Below are positions 39,193 through 48,949 of a stretch of 64,000 nucleotides of DNA, piece after piece; the first letter of the stretch is position 1; every line of letters starts with the position of its first letter. The stretch comes from an uncultured Candidatus Actinomarina sp. (lineage in GTDB: Bacteria > Actinomycetota > Acidimicrobiia > Actinomarinales > Actinomarinaceae). The stretch spans positions 16,425-80,424 of the forward strand of contig CABYLQ010000005.1 of NCBI GenBank assembly GCA_902519845.1, in the 5' to 3' direction. Made by a program: the position numbers and the translations under genes. The notes beneath the pieces were generated by a model that saw nothing but the letters and a program-made list of their open reading frames with translations, searched no databases and was not told where the DNA came from.

Positions 39193-39265
39193 TGGGTCGG
39201 GTGGGAATCGAACCCACGACCTTGAGCTTAAAAGGCTCCTGCTCTACCAATTGAGCTACCGACCC
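39193..39265 (-). tRNA. tRNA-Lys (anticodon UUU)
   Basis: The reverse complement is GGGTCGGTAGCTCAATTGGTAGAGCAGGAGCCTTTTAAGCTCAAGGTCGTGGGTTCGATTCCCACCCGACCCA. The anticodon loop is CTTTTAA. Confidence 0.9.
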
Positions 39266-39304
39266 TAAACAAAAATGATAATCAAAGATAAAAGTTAGTT
39301 AAAT

Positions 39305-39508
39305 CTATTCTTCTTCAATATTTTTAAGTTTTTTATGTGCAGCGTCTAATTCGTTAAGAATACTATTAACAATTTCATATGCATTTTTGTTATCTTTTGA
39401 TAAAGCCTTGAGTTCGTTTGCTAGTTCTTGAATATCGTCAAGGCTTGATGATAAATTATTATCAAATTCTTTCTCAATATTGCTAGTTTCTTTATTTTTA
39501 TTATTCAC
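39305..39508 (-). CDS. small acidic coiled-coil protein, unknown function
   Basis: 67-aa ORF with a GTG start. No recognisable motif, so coding status is uncertain. Confidence 0.3.
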   Translation of the reverse strand: MNNKNKETSNIEKEFDNNLSSSLDDIQELANELKALSKDNKNAYEIVNSILNELDAAHKKLKNIEEE

Positions 39509-39528
39509 AACTAAAATTATAAATTAAG

Positions 39529-40389
39529 TTATAACTTTGCTTTGTCAGAAAATTTTAAATCAGGACTTTTTGTCAACCTCTGTTTTGCCCATCTAGCAGG
39601 TGGAATTAGTCTAAAAAATGGTGGTAAAAATGGTCGTGTAATTTTTAAAAATGACAAATTAAAAAACAATATCGCTTTATTAATTTTTGTTGTTTTAATT
39701 CCATAAACTTCTTTGAATTCAGAAGGTAATGTATGAAAAGCGGTGAATGCAATAAATGGCCAAATCGGTTTTATGTGTCTTGGAACCGGACCGCCACCAA
39801 TAATCTCTTTCACATCGAGAGCAACATCGGTAATAATTAAATAGTTTTTTTCTTTACTTTTAGAGATTACCCAATTCTTTAACTCATCATGTGTTTTTGG
39901 CATTTTTTCCCTGTTTACTAAAACTAATTCTGCTGACAACATGTTTTCTTGGTGATATAAATTTTTTTCTTCATTGGTTAATTTTTTAACTGTTTTTTCG
40001 TAGAAAAATATTGATGACAACTGTAAACATGCATGAACCCAAAGAAGTTGCTCATGATCAAGCGCATCATAAGTTTTACCAGTTATTTTGTCTTTGCCTT
40101 TAATTACTTCATGTAATTTATTTATTCTGGTTGCACTATCGTCTGCTTCTTCTTTAGTTCCAAAAGTTACTGAGTTCTGTAACGAGAGGGTTCTAATTAA
40201 TCTCTTCCAGGGATCTCTTTGATAAAATGATGTTTGTCTTGCTCCTGCTGCTATTAATGGGTGAGAAGCGTGCATCAGCAAGGCTCGTGCTCCACCAAAC
40301 AAAACTGTAATTTCCTTATTTACTTTCCACATCATTGAATTTGGGCCAAAATACCCAGGATCACTTTGCATATCATTAAATTTTATCAA
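39529..40389 (-). CDS. MpaB/DUF2236-family oxygenase-like protein
   Basis: GPNSMMWKVNKEITVLFGGARALLMHASHPLIAAG matches the conserved DUF2236 N-terminal block. Confidence 0.7.
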   Translation of the reverse strand: MIKFNDMQSDPGYFGPNSMMWKVNKEITVLFGGARALLMHASHPLIAAGARQTSFYQRDPWKRLIRTLSLQNSVTFGTKEEADDSATRINKLHEVIKGKDKITGKTYDALDHEQLLWVHACLQLSSIFFYEKTVKKLTNEEKNLYHQENMLSAELVLVNREKMPKTHDELKNWVISKSKEKNYLIITDVALDVKEIIGGGPVPRHIKPIWPFIAFTAFHTLPSEFKEVYGIKTTKINKAILFFNLSFLKITRPFLPPFFRLIPPARWAKQRLTKSPDLKFSDKAKL

Positions 40390-40457
40390 TGTTTAAAGGT
40401 TTTTAATAATCCTTATTAATAAATACTGTCTCAATAGATCTTCAAGATAAGTTAGTA

Positions 40458-40784
40458 TTGAATAATAAGGCTGATATGAGTGAAAATAATCTGAATATTG
40501 AAAAAAATTGTGGTCAAAATTTTAAAAATGAGCAAATTCCTGACATAGTTAATGATTCAAATTTTGTCTTTATTAATGATCCAAGTTACGAAACAGTAGT
40601 ACTTTATGATGTAGATGGAAATATAGTAAATGTTAACTCTTGGATCGAGTGTGCACATTATGTAAATGGTGGTTGGTCTACAAGTTTTTCAAATTTCGAT
40701 GGTAATATTTTTATTCTTGTAACAACAATTAGTCTATTTGGCATTTATGTACTCTCAAAAAAGCTATTTAACTTTAAACTATGA
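40458..40784 (+). CDS. small C-terminally TM-anchored protein, unknown function
   Basis: 108 aa with a C-terminal hydrophobic helix IFILVTTISLFGIYVL. Shares a 4-nt overlap with the downstream membrane protein. Confidence 0.35.
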   Translation: MNNKADMSENNLNIEKNCGQNFKNEQIPDIVNDSNFVFINDPSYETVVLYDVDGNIVNVNSWIECAHYVNGGWSTSFSNFDGNIFILVTTISLFGIYVLSKKLFNFKL

Positions 40785-42829
40785 GCAAGCAAAAATTATT
40801 TACCTCAATTTTAATTTTATTAATACTAATAATTCCTTTTTTAATAAATAATAGATCTGATGATATTGAAGCTATTCAATTAGAAAATTCTACTGTTGGT
40901 TACTACCAATCTACAACTTGTAAAATTTCTTTAATTGAATTCTATTTAGAAAATAGAGGCTCGGAACAAAAAATTTATTTCAATAATAATGACTATGCCG
41001 ACATAAATTGTTTTGGGAAAATTACTGGAGTAGATAAAGTTAATGACACCTACTTCGTATCTATTGGTACTAATACTTCATTTAGTGCTTTAATCCAATC
41101 ATTAATATGGATCTTGCTACTTACTCTAGTTCCTAAGCTGGATGACAAAAATTATCTTACATACAAATGTTTGTACTTGTTGCCTTTTTTATTGACTTAT
41201 CAACATGTATCTGAAATAAGATTTTATTCTAGTAGCAATATTTTATACAATAGCGAAATATCGACTGAAAATTTATATTTATTAGGAGTTTTCATTTTAA
41301 ATTTTTTTATTTCCCTATTAATAATTGATTCTCTCAAAGGAAGAATCAAGAATTTATCAAACTATATTCCATTTCTTTTTTTAATTGTAGGTACATATTT
41401 AGGTAGTAATTTAAATTTTTATTTAATCTTATTTTCATGTGTTGGGATAAGTTTTTATATAAAGAAGAAAAAATTGCTGAGAACTGATAAATATTACATA
41501 GTTTTTTTTGGTTTTTGGATACTGAATTTCAGTAATAACAATCATTTTTTTGATGGAGATAAATTAAGAGGATTCTCAAATTCGATTTATTCAACAAGAT
41601 CACAACTTTTTTGGATATTAATAGTGTTTTTTACAATAAGGGGATTTTTCTATGTCGTGGATAAAAGCAGAGAAGAGTTCGATATAGATAAATTTATGAA
41701 AAATTTTCTTATTTCTTTAGGATTGGTTGTATTCTTTGGTGTCATTGGATCACTGTCTCCAATTGTTAACTTTTTTAATTTCTTTTTATTTGGTCAAAAT
41801 AAAAGAGGTATGAAGGAATTTACAAGTATTGCGGGTAATACTTGGAGAGGGTTTTCTTCAAGTGCTGAGTCAATTGGAGAAGTTTTTGGATTTTTAATTT
41901 TAATTTTTTTAATACTAGTTGTAAATAAAAAAATTAAAATAACTAGTAAATATAATCTTTTAACTCTAGTAGTTATTTTTGGTTTAATAAGGTCGAACAA
42001 CTTTGCTTCAATATTGTCATTATTTTTACTTATGACTCTATATTTATACTTTAGATTTTATAAAGGAAGAAATAGAACTCTGCTTATATCCTTGTTTATT
42101 TTATGTACAACTATTGGTTTGGTAACTTTATTTTTAAATTCAAATTATTCGTTTAATACCTCGAATCTTATTTATGAAGCTACGAGACACCAAAGTTTTT
42201 ATGAAAATATTCCATCAACTAATAATCAATTAGGCAGCACAAGTAAAAGTCATTATCTAGTTCTTGAAGCAATCGAAAAAAATGATGTAGGAACTATATT
42301 GTTAGACGAATCAAATTTTGAAGCTGCTTCAAGCAGTTATAAGTTCTTGTTTAACGTTTTTACACCTGAATTAAATATAAAATATGTACCAAATCTTGTT
42401 GGGTTAATTTCAATTTTATCTCTTTTCATAAATAGGTCAGAAATGTGGGGTATCTTTATCGCAAAATATAATCCAAGTGTTTTTGAATTCTTATTTGGAT
42501 ATGGACCACAGCAATTAAATGAATATCTTTTTGGTCATAAAATAAGGCTTGATGTTCCTTCTTACAAGACGTCTTCGTTGTTTTTACCTCATTCATCATT
42601 ATTAGATTTAATAATTTTTGTCGGGTTTATAGGAACTTTTGTAGTGCTTCTTTATGTTCTAAAAATATTTTATAAAGCAGATAAAAAAAATATCTTTTTA
42701 TATCCTTCAATATTTTTACTTATAAATTTTTTAAAAAGTGATTCTATTCTTTACCTAAATAGTTTTCTATTAATATTATTTTCTCTTCAAATGCTCAATA
42801 ACAATTTTTATAAAAATGAAAAAACTTAA
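40781..42829 (+). CDS. large polytopic membrane protein, Wzy/O-antigen-ligase-like candidate, with an N-terminal Cys-containing module
   Basis: 682 aa with more than 12 TM segments. A late loop followed by LPHSSLLDLIIFVGFIGTFVV is reminiscent of the Wzy_C H-containing motif. Confidence 0.4.
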   Translation: MSKQKLFTSILILLILIIPFLINNRSDDIEAIQLENSTVGYYQSTTCKISLIEFYLENRGSEQKIYFNNNDYADINCFGKITGVDKVNDTYFVSIGTNTSFSALIQSLIWILLLTLVPKLDDKNYLTYKCLYLLPFLLTYQHVSEIRFYSSSNILYNSEISTENLYLLGVFILNFFISLLIIDSLKGRIKNLSNYIPFLFLIVGTYLGSNLNFYLILFSCVGISFYIKKKKLLRTDKYYIVFFGFWILNFSNNNHFFDGDKLRGFSNSIYSTRSQLFWILIVFFTIRGFFYVVDKSREEFDIDKFMKNFLISLGLVVFFGVIGSLSPIVNFFNFFLFGQNKRGMKEFTSIAGNTWRGFSSSAESIGEVFGFLILIFLILVVNKKIKITSKYNLLTLVVIFGLIRSNNFASILSLFLLMTLYLYFRFYKGRNRTLLISLFILCTTIGLVTLFLNSNYSFNTSNLIYEATRHQSFYENIPSTNNQLGSTSKSHYLVLEAIEKNDVGTILLDESNFEAASSSYKFLFNVFTPELNIKYVPNLVGLISILSLFINRSEMWGIFIAKYNPSVFEFLFGYGPQQLNEYLFGHKIRLDVPSYKTSSLFLPHSSLLDLIIFVGFIGTFVVLLYVLKIFYKADKKNIFLYPSIFLLINFLKSDSILYLNSFLLILFSLQMLNNNFYKNEKT

Positions 42830-43955
42830 ATACGTTACTTATCAGACTTTTCCATCAATTAAAGCTAATTCCATACAAACAATTGAAAATTTAAATCATT
42901 TGACAAAATATTTTGATGTTGAGCTTATTTTTCCTCTGAGGGAAAGTTATAGCTCTGACAAAACTGAGATAATCAAAAATTATTATGACCTTGATAAAAA
43001 TATCATATTTTCAGGAACAAGTCACAAACTTCCTTTTGGAAAAGTAAAAATATTTGAAAAGTATTTATTTTTAATTAGTCATTATTTGTGGGCTAAAAAA
43101 ATATGCAAAAAGTATAAAAGTATGGATAAAAATTACTATTTTACAAGGTCGGATTGGGTATTCTATTTTTTATCAAAATATAATAAAAATGTAATTTTTG
43201 AATGTCATCAACTATCTAAATTAAGAAAATGGATTATGAAAGAATCTATCAAATGCGAATTCTCAAAGATAATTTTTTTAAATAAGTATTTATTAGAAGA
43301 TTCTGGATTAAACATTGATGAAAAAGATAAAAAAGTAAAAATTTTACACAACGGCGTTGATAAAAATATTTTTAAAATAAAAGATTCCTCAACAAAGAAA
43401 AAAATAGTATTTTCTGGTAGTTTTTCAAGATTTAATGAAGAAAGGAATCTTGATTTTCTTTTAAATACCTTTAAGAGCAGCGAACTATCAGATTATCAAT
43501 TAGAGATTATAGGTGGTAGTACAAAAGAGGTTGATGACCTCAGAAATAAGGTTGATAAGCTAATGATAAAAAACGTTAAGATAAGCAATAGAGTTTCTCG
43601 AAAAAACCTTGCAAAAAAACTTCAAGAATTTGAATTTGGAATACTTCTAAATTCAAATAAAAATACGCACTCTGTCAAATATACTTCTCCACTAAAATTT
43701 TTTGAGTTTATATCTGTAGGATTAAAAGTTATTGCAATTGACTTTCCAGCACATAGAGTCTTACCAAATCAAGATAACATATTCTTCTTTATGGAAGATA
43801 ATAAAAATGACTTTATAAATGCTATTAAGTTGGCAGAGAAAACTAAATTTAAAGATATTTCATTACAGAATATTTCTTTGGAAGAAAGAACAAAAGAAAT
43901 ATATAATCTTTTTGGTTCAGCACGCCCGGAGGGACTCGAACCCCCAACCCTCTGA
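42816..43955 (+). CDS. GT-B fold glycosyltransferase (GT4-like); its 3' end runs antisense into tRNA-Arg
   Basis: VFSGSFSRFNEERN and KYTSPLKFFEFISVGLKVIAIDFP are GT-B-like. The last 12 codons (SARPEGLEPPTL) are encoded by the antisense of the tRNA gene. Confidence 0.5.
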   Translation: MKKLKYVTYQTFPSIKANSIQTIENLNHLTKYFDVELIFPLRESYSSDKTEIIKNYYDLDKNIIFSGTSHKLPFGKVKIFEKYLFLISHYLWAKKICKKYKSMDKNYYFTRSDWVFYFLSKYNKNVIFECHQLSKLRKWIMKESIKCEFSKIIFLNKYLLEDSGLNIDEKDKKVKILHNGVDKNIFKIKDSSTKKKIVFSGSFSRFNEERNLDFLLNTFKSSELSDYQLEIIGGSTKEVDDLRNKVDKLMIKNVKISNRVSRKNLAKKLQEFEFGILLNSNKNTHSVKYTSPLKFFEFISVGLKVIAIDFPAHRVLPNQDNIFFFMEDNKNDFINAIKLAEKTKFKDISLQNISLEERTKEIYNLFGSARPEGLEPPTL

Positions 43956-43994
43956 TCCGAAGTCAGATGCTCTATCCATTTGAGCTACAGGCGC
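43921..43994 (-). tRNA. tRNA-Arg (anticodon UCG)
   Basis: The reverse complement is GCGCCTGTAGCTCAAATGGATAGAGCATCTGACTTCGGATCAGAGGGTTGGGGGTTCGAGTCCCTCCGGGCGTG. The anticodon loop is CTTCGGA. The acceptor stem needs two G-U pairs. Confidence 0.85.
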
Positions 43995-44047
43995 ATTAAT
44001 AAAAAAAAGAATAATTGTATATTTTTATTTATATAATAGTTTCATTA

Positions 44048-44782
44048 ATGGATAGTGTAAAAATTCTGAAAACAGAGATTTCAAAAACTACTGTGGAAAA
44101 TGTAGCAGTATATTTAAATAAAAAAAAAGGGAAAACAGTTGCTATTTGTAATGCGAATACACTTGTGAGATCTTACAATGATTCATCGATTCAAAATAAA
44201 ATAAATTCATTTGATGTTAAAACTTCAGATGGTTTTCCAGTGGCAAAGGCATCAAAATTGTTATATAAAAATAACCAAGAAAGAGTTGATGGGTTTAAAG
44301 TTATCAACAAAACTATTGAAAAAGGACTAGACAAGAATTTATCACATTATTTTTTTGGAAGCAATGAAAAAGTTGTGCGAGCTATGATAAAAGAACTCAA
44401 AGATAGATACCCATCCATAAATATATGTGGCTATCTTTGTCCTCCTGTAAAATCATATTGGGAGCTTAGTGAGAATGAATTTGTTGACGATATGATTCAA
44501 AAAAATCCCGACATCGTTTGGATATCACTAGGTTTTCCAAAGCAAGAAGAATTTATTTACGAAATAAAGAATAGGTATAAAATCACCTCTAACTTAGTGG
44601 GGATAGGGGCTGTTTTTGAGTGGGTTGCTGGTACTAAAATTAAAGCTCCAGAATGGTTGGCTAATATTGGTTTAGAGTGGATATTTCGATTGATACAAGA
44701 ACCAAAAAGATTATTGAGACGCTATTTGATAGATAACTTTTTATTTATAATTTATTTTATAAAACAATATTTAAGCAAATAA
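44048..44782 (+). CDS. WecB/TagA/CpsF-family (GT26) glycosyltransferase
   Basis: ICNANTLV, SDGFPVAKASK, RVDGFKV, WISLGFPKQEEF and GIGAVFEWVAGTKIKAPEWLANIGLEWIFRLIQEPKRLLRRY. The ATG at 44048 is preferred over the TTG at 44015. Confidence 0.85.
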   Translation: MDSVKILKTEISKTTVENVAVYLNKKKGKTVAICNANTLVRSYNDSSIQNKINSFDVKTSDGFPVAKASKLLYKNNQERVDGFKVINKTIEKGLDKNLSHYFFGSNEKVVRAMIKELKDRYPSINICGYLCPPVKSYWELSENEFVDDMIQKNPDIVWISLGFPKQEEFIYEIKNRYKITSNLVGIGAVFEWVAGTKIKAPEWLANIGLEWIFRLIQEPKRLLRRYLIDNFLFIIYFIKQYLSK

Positions 44783-46426
44783 ATGTATAAGCTATCAAAT
44801 TTAATTAACGATTTAGAAAATGTTCTACAAAAGACAGTTGGTATTGAACCAATTTCGTTAAGAATTTCAAATAATCCAAATTTTGATTTTCAAATAAATA
44901 ACTTAGTAAAATTCCAAAATCACAAGGATATAAAAAACATTGAAAATCTTTTTTCAGAAATAATTAATAATGAGATTTTAATCAAAAATTTTGAAATTAC
45001 TGATACTTATTTTGTAAATTTAGAGATTGATATTGATCAATTTAGTAATAGCTTCAACAAAATAAAAAAATATATAAAAGTTCAACATCCTGAAACAGTT
45101 CTTTTAGATTATGGAGGCCCCAATATTGGTAAGCCACTTCATGTAGGACATTTAAGATCTTTAAATATTGGTAGAAGCTTGTATCTCATATACGAATTGG
45201 CTGGTCACAATGTTTTAAGTGATATACATATGGGTGATTGGGGAATGCCAATTGCACAGATAATTACTTATATTGAAGAGAAAAAGATAAATTTTGAAAG
45301 TATAGACATAGAAGATTTAGAAAAAATTTATCCTAAGGCTTCAAAGCTTTATTCAGAAGATAATAAATTTAATGATTTAGCTCAAGCAAACAATAAAAGG
45401 CTCAATGAAAATGATCCAAAAATTCTTAAAAAGTGGAGAAAATTAAAGAAAATCTCTACTAAATCAATTAAAGAAACTTTGGAAACACTTAATCATAACT
45501 TTGATTTATGGATGGGTGAAAGTGACGTCAACTACCTAATACCTGGGATGATTCAAAAGCTCGAAAGTGAGGGCAAGATATCACTTGATGATGGAGCATA
45601 CGTTTCAAATTTTGTTTCTGACCCTAAAATATTGATAACAAAATCAGATGGGTCCTATCTGTATTTGACTACTGACTTAGCAACAGTCCTAAATAGAATA
45701 AAATTAAATAAAATTGATAAAACTCTATACATAGTTGACAAAAGGCAAAATTTACATTTTGAACAACTTATTAAATCATTAAATTATTTTGGCTTTGGGG
45801 ATGAAGAATATCGTCACATAGCATTTGGAACAATTAATGACTTAAATGGTAACCCTTACAAAACACGAGAAGGAGATGCTAAAAAGTTAATAGACCTCTT
45901 TAAAGAAACTTCATTACAAATAGAAAAAATTAACAGTGACCTAGATAGTGAAACAAATAAAATACTTACAAATACTGTTTTAACTTTTAGTGATCTCAAA
46001 ACAAATAGAATGACTGACTATAAATTTGATTTGAATAAATTTACAAATATTAGTGGAAAAACTGGTATATATGTTCAATATGCACTAGTGCGAGCAAAAA
46101 AATTATTAAAAAGTTCTTCAATAAATTCAAGTAATATAAATCTAAAAGTTTCGGACCTTGATGAAAATGATCTTAATCTTATTAGAGGACTCATAAAGTT
46201 TGAATATTATTTTAACTTGGCATTAAAAAATAATGAGCCACATCATTTAGCTGATTATCTATACGAATTATCGAATTTATTTAATACAATGTACCAAAAT
46301 GAGAATATATTAGAAAATAAAGAAGAGTCTATAAAATTAAATAAATTAAAAATTTCAGAACATTTTATTTCTTATTCAACTTTGTTAATGGAGTGTTTAG
46401 GTCTAGAGCCTGTTGAAAAAATGTAA
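44783..46426 (+). CDS. argS: arginine--tRNA ligase
   Basis: GGPNIGKPLHVGHLRS (HIGH-type motif), the ArgRS anticodon-binding C-terminal region, and the characteristic terminal ...GLEPVEKM. Confidence 0.9.
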   Translation: MYKLSNLINDLENVLQKTVGIEPISLRISNNPNFDFQINNLVKFQNHKDIKNIENLFSEIINNEILIKNFEITDTYFVNLEIDIDQFSNSFNKIKKYIKVQHPETVLLDYGGPNIGKPLHVGHLRSLNIGRSLYLIYELAGHNVLSDIHMGDWGMPIAQIITYIEEKKINFESIDIEDLEKIYPKASKLYSEDNKFNDLAQANNKRLNENDPKILKKWRKLKKISTKSIKETLETLNHNFDLWMGESDVNYLIPGMIQKLESEGKISLDDGAYVSNFVSDPKILITKSDGSYLYLTTDLATVLNRIKLNKIDKTLYIVDKRQNLHFEQLIKSLNYFGFGDEEYRHIAFGTINDLNGNPYKTREGDAKKLIDLFKETSLQIEKINSDLDSETNKILTNTVLTFSDLKTNRMTDYKFDLNKFTNISGKTGIYVQYALVRAKKLLKSSSINSSNINLKVSDLDENDLNLIRGLIKFEYYFNLALKNNEPHHLADYLYELSNLFNTMYQNENILENKEESIKLNKLKISEHFISYSTLLMECLGLEPVEKM

Positions 46427-46428
46427 TC

Positions 46429-46971
46429 TTACAGAAATAACTGTGAAGATAAAACCCAAAGAAAATACGTTAATGAGTATGACAAGTTATCTGAGAAACC
46501 AACTGTTCTCTTAAAATTATGTTGTAAAAATAAAATTAATGGAATTGCAATAAAACCTGAAAAAGATACTGCTTTTCCTATATCGATAAGATCACTTAAT
46601 ACTAAATTTGATGGATTCAAAAAAAACTGAAAAAATACAAGTGAAATCAAAGAGGTAAATATTACCAAGATTATGTTCACTATAAGATCTTTAAAAGTAA
46701 GATTATAAATCTTAAATATATTAAGAAATTCAATAGGTAAAAATAGAATAAACAAAGATAAACAGAAAAGAATAAGAAACCAAAAAAGACCCTGGGCATT
46801 CCAAGTAATTACTGATTTTGCAACTAAGCCTAATGACTCCAAGAGTAGATATATGGAATAACCAAGAATGGTTGTTCCTAGAGAGAATAAATACAAGCCA
46901 AAAATACTATATAAATACTTTTTTTGAAAACTGTTTCTAGAAATTTCTTGATTAAAATTTTGATAATTCAT
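46429..46971 (-). CDS. integral membrane protein, unknown function
   Basis: 180 aa with about 5 hydrophobic helices and no recognisable motif. Confidence 0.4.
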   Translation of the reverse strand: MNYQNFNQEISRNSFQKKYLYSIFGLYLFSLGTTILGYSIYLLLESLGLVAKSVITWNAQGLFWFLILFCLSLFILFLPIEFLNIFKIYNLTFKDLIVNIILVIFTSLISLVFFQFFLNPSNLVLSDLIDIGKAVSFSGFIAIPLILFLQHNFKRTVGFSDNLSYSLTYFLWVLSSQLFL

Positions 46972-47015
46972 ACTGTCATATATTAATAATATTTATATTA
47001 AAATAAATATTAAAT

Positions 47016-47219
47016 ATGGAATTAATTGATACGCCAAATCCAAATGCAAAAAAAATATTGGTTGATCAACAAACTGAAGACATATCCAATTCCCTAAATA
47101 AAGTAGAAGGTGTTTTATCAGTTTTTGTTGGTCCTGGTTTTATAACAGTTACAAAAGAAAACAACTTTGAGTGGGAAGTAATAACTGAAGATATTGTTAA
47201 CATCTTTGATAAACTATAA
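47016..47219 (+). CDS. Nfu/NifU N-terminal-domain (Nfu_N-like) small protein
   Basis: IDTPNPNAKKI and GVLSVFVGPGFITVTKE...W match the Nfu_N consensus (TPNPN..KF ... GV..VF...dFiTVtK). Confidence 0.6.
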   Translation: MELIDTPNPNAKKILVDQQTEDISNSLNKVEGVLSVFVGPGFITVTKENNFEWEVITEDIVNIFDKL

Positions 47220-47221
47220 AC

Positions 47222-47833
47222 ATGGATACATTTAGTGAAGACCCAAAACCTGGAAGGTTGGTTTTACCATTAGTCCTTATTGGTATGATTGCGACCACAT
47301 ATACATTTATAAACAGAGTTGCGACAAATAACAACTTAGAGATTGAACCTTCTGTTGAAGAGGTAGTTGTTGAACCAGATGAAGAGCCAGTATCCGAAGA
47401 TACAACGACTACAACGTCTACAACATTGCCTGGAGAAGTTGTTGCCTACCTAGAAGAAATTTCATCAGAAAAAATACAATCAATTGATCTTGCCACAAAA
47501 GTTCTTGAAGCCAATGATAAATGGGACAATGAAGATATTACTTATCAGGAGGCAAAAGATGAGTTTGCAAGTTTTATTGAAGATGCTCAACAATTTGTTG
47601 AAACTGTTTCTGAGCCAGGACCACCTTCAACTTTTGCAGGTCTTGTAAAAAGTCACGAAGAATTGAAATCATTAGCGGCACTAATTTTTTCTGACACAGA
47701 AGAGCTTTTGGAAGGCCTCACATCTTCCGATACTGGCGAAAGAAGATCTGCTGCTTTAGATTCGTTTAACAATAATATTAATCTTTTTCAGGAAAAGATT
47801 GATGAAATTGTTGCCATTAATACTTCAGGTTAA
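47222..47833 (+). CDS. N-terminally membrane-anchored acidic protein, unknown function
   Basis: One TM helix (LVLPLVLIGMIATTYTF) followed by a Glu/Asp/Thr-rich linker and a helical domain. Confidence 0.4.
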   Translation: MDTFSEDPKPGRLVLPLVLIGMIATTYTFINRVATNNNLEIEPSVEEVVVEPDEEPVSEDTTTTTSTTLPGEVVAYLEEISSEKIQSIDLATKVLEANDKWDNEDITYQEAKDEFASFIEDAQQFVETVSEPGPPSTFAGLVKSHEELKSLAALIFSDTEELLEGLTSSDTGERRSAALDSFNNNINLFQEKIDEIVAINTSG

Positions 47834-48858
47834 GCTGAAGCCGCAGAACAAACAGTATCTATCATGACAGTAGCAATGACATAAGGGTCGGCATTTGCAT
47901 TTGGTCTTCTGTCTTCTAGATAACCCTTTTGATCTTTTTCGACTTGCCATGGAATCCTAATAGACGCTCCTCTATCACTAACTCCATATGAAAAAGTATC
48001 AAATTTTTGAGTTTCATGAGCTCCAGTTAAACGATCTTCAATTCCATCTCCATAGTTTTGAACATGAAATTCTGCATTTTTTTCTAATGCTTCGCAACCT
48101 GCAATAACTGCAGAGTATCCACCATCTTCTCTCATTTGTTTTGTTGAGAAGTTAGTATGCATACCAGCTCCATTCCAGTCACCTTTCACAGGCTTTGGTG
48201 TAAGAGTTGCAGAGATGTTATAATCCTCAGCAATTCTATAAAGTAGCCACCTCGCAATCCATATTTCATCTCCAATATTTGGAGCACCAACAGGTCCAAT
48301 TTGGAATTCCCATTGTCCGGGCATGACTTCTGCATTTGTTCCAGAAATATTCAGACCAGCTTCCATACAAGCAGTGGCGTGTTCTTCGGAAATTGATCTT
48401 CCATAAACTTCATCTGATCCAACACCACAGTAATATCCTCCTTGAGGAGCAGGATAGCCTGATGGTGGAAAGCCCAAAGGTTGTCCATATTTTAGAGAAT
48501 CATATGATTGTTCATAAAATGTGTACTCTTGTTCTAATCCAAACATTGGTTCAAATTCAGCAAAATTTTCTGCAGATGCAGCGCATGCTGCTCTTGTGTT
48601 TGAAGCATGGGGAGTCATATCAACATTTAGTACCTCACACATTACAAGAATGTTGTCTCCACCTCTAATTGGATCAGGATATTGACTTACAGGCTTTAAT
48701 ACGCAGTCAGACTGATCACCAGTAGCTTGTTCTGTACTTGAACCATCAAAACCCCAAATAGGTGGTTCAGTACCCATATCCATAATTTTTGTTTTACTCC
48801 TTAATTTTGCAGTTGGAGTTTTTCCGTCAATCCATATATATTCGGCCTTAATTTTCAT
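47830..48858 (-). CDS. glnII: glutamine synthetase type II
   Basis: MKIKAEYIWIDGKTPTAKLRSKTKI is nearly identical to the N-terminus of actinobacterial GlnII. Length 342 aa. Catalytic-domain motifs NAEVMPGQWEFQIGP and GAGMHTNFS. Confidence 0.9.
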   Translation of the reverse strand: MKIKAEYIWIDGKTPTAKLRSKTKIMDMGTEPPIWGFDGSSTEQATGDQSDCVLKPVSQYPDPIRGGDNILVMCEVLNVDMTPHASNTRAACAASAENFAEFEPMFGLEQEYTFYEQSYDSLKYGQPLGFPPSGYPAPQGGYYCGVGSDEVYGRSISEEHATACMEAGLNISGTNAEVMPGQWEFQIGPVGAPNIGDEIWIARWLLYRIAEDYNISATLTPKPVKGDWNGAGMHTNFSTKQMREDGGYSAVIAGCEALEKNAEFHVQNYGDGIEDRLTGAHETQKFDTFSYGVSDRGASIRIPWQVEKDQKGYLEDRRPNANADPYVIATVMIDTVCSAASA

Positions 48859-48949
48859 ATTTATTACCCCTTTTAATATCTTCGTTAATAATGTAGTATT
48901 TATTTAAAATATTGGATAATCAGAATTATTAAATATTTGTTTCAAGATA

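Noticed and set aside
48859-48949. Possible GlnR box upstream of glnII
   Set aside because: Only a loose GAAAC-containing element (reverse complement of tgtttc near 48935) is visible. No convincing two-site gTnAc-n6-GaAAc arrangement could be read.
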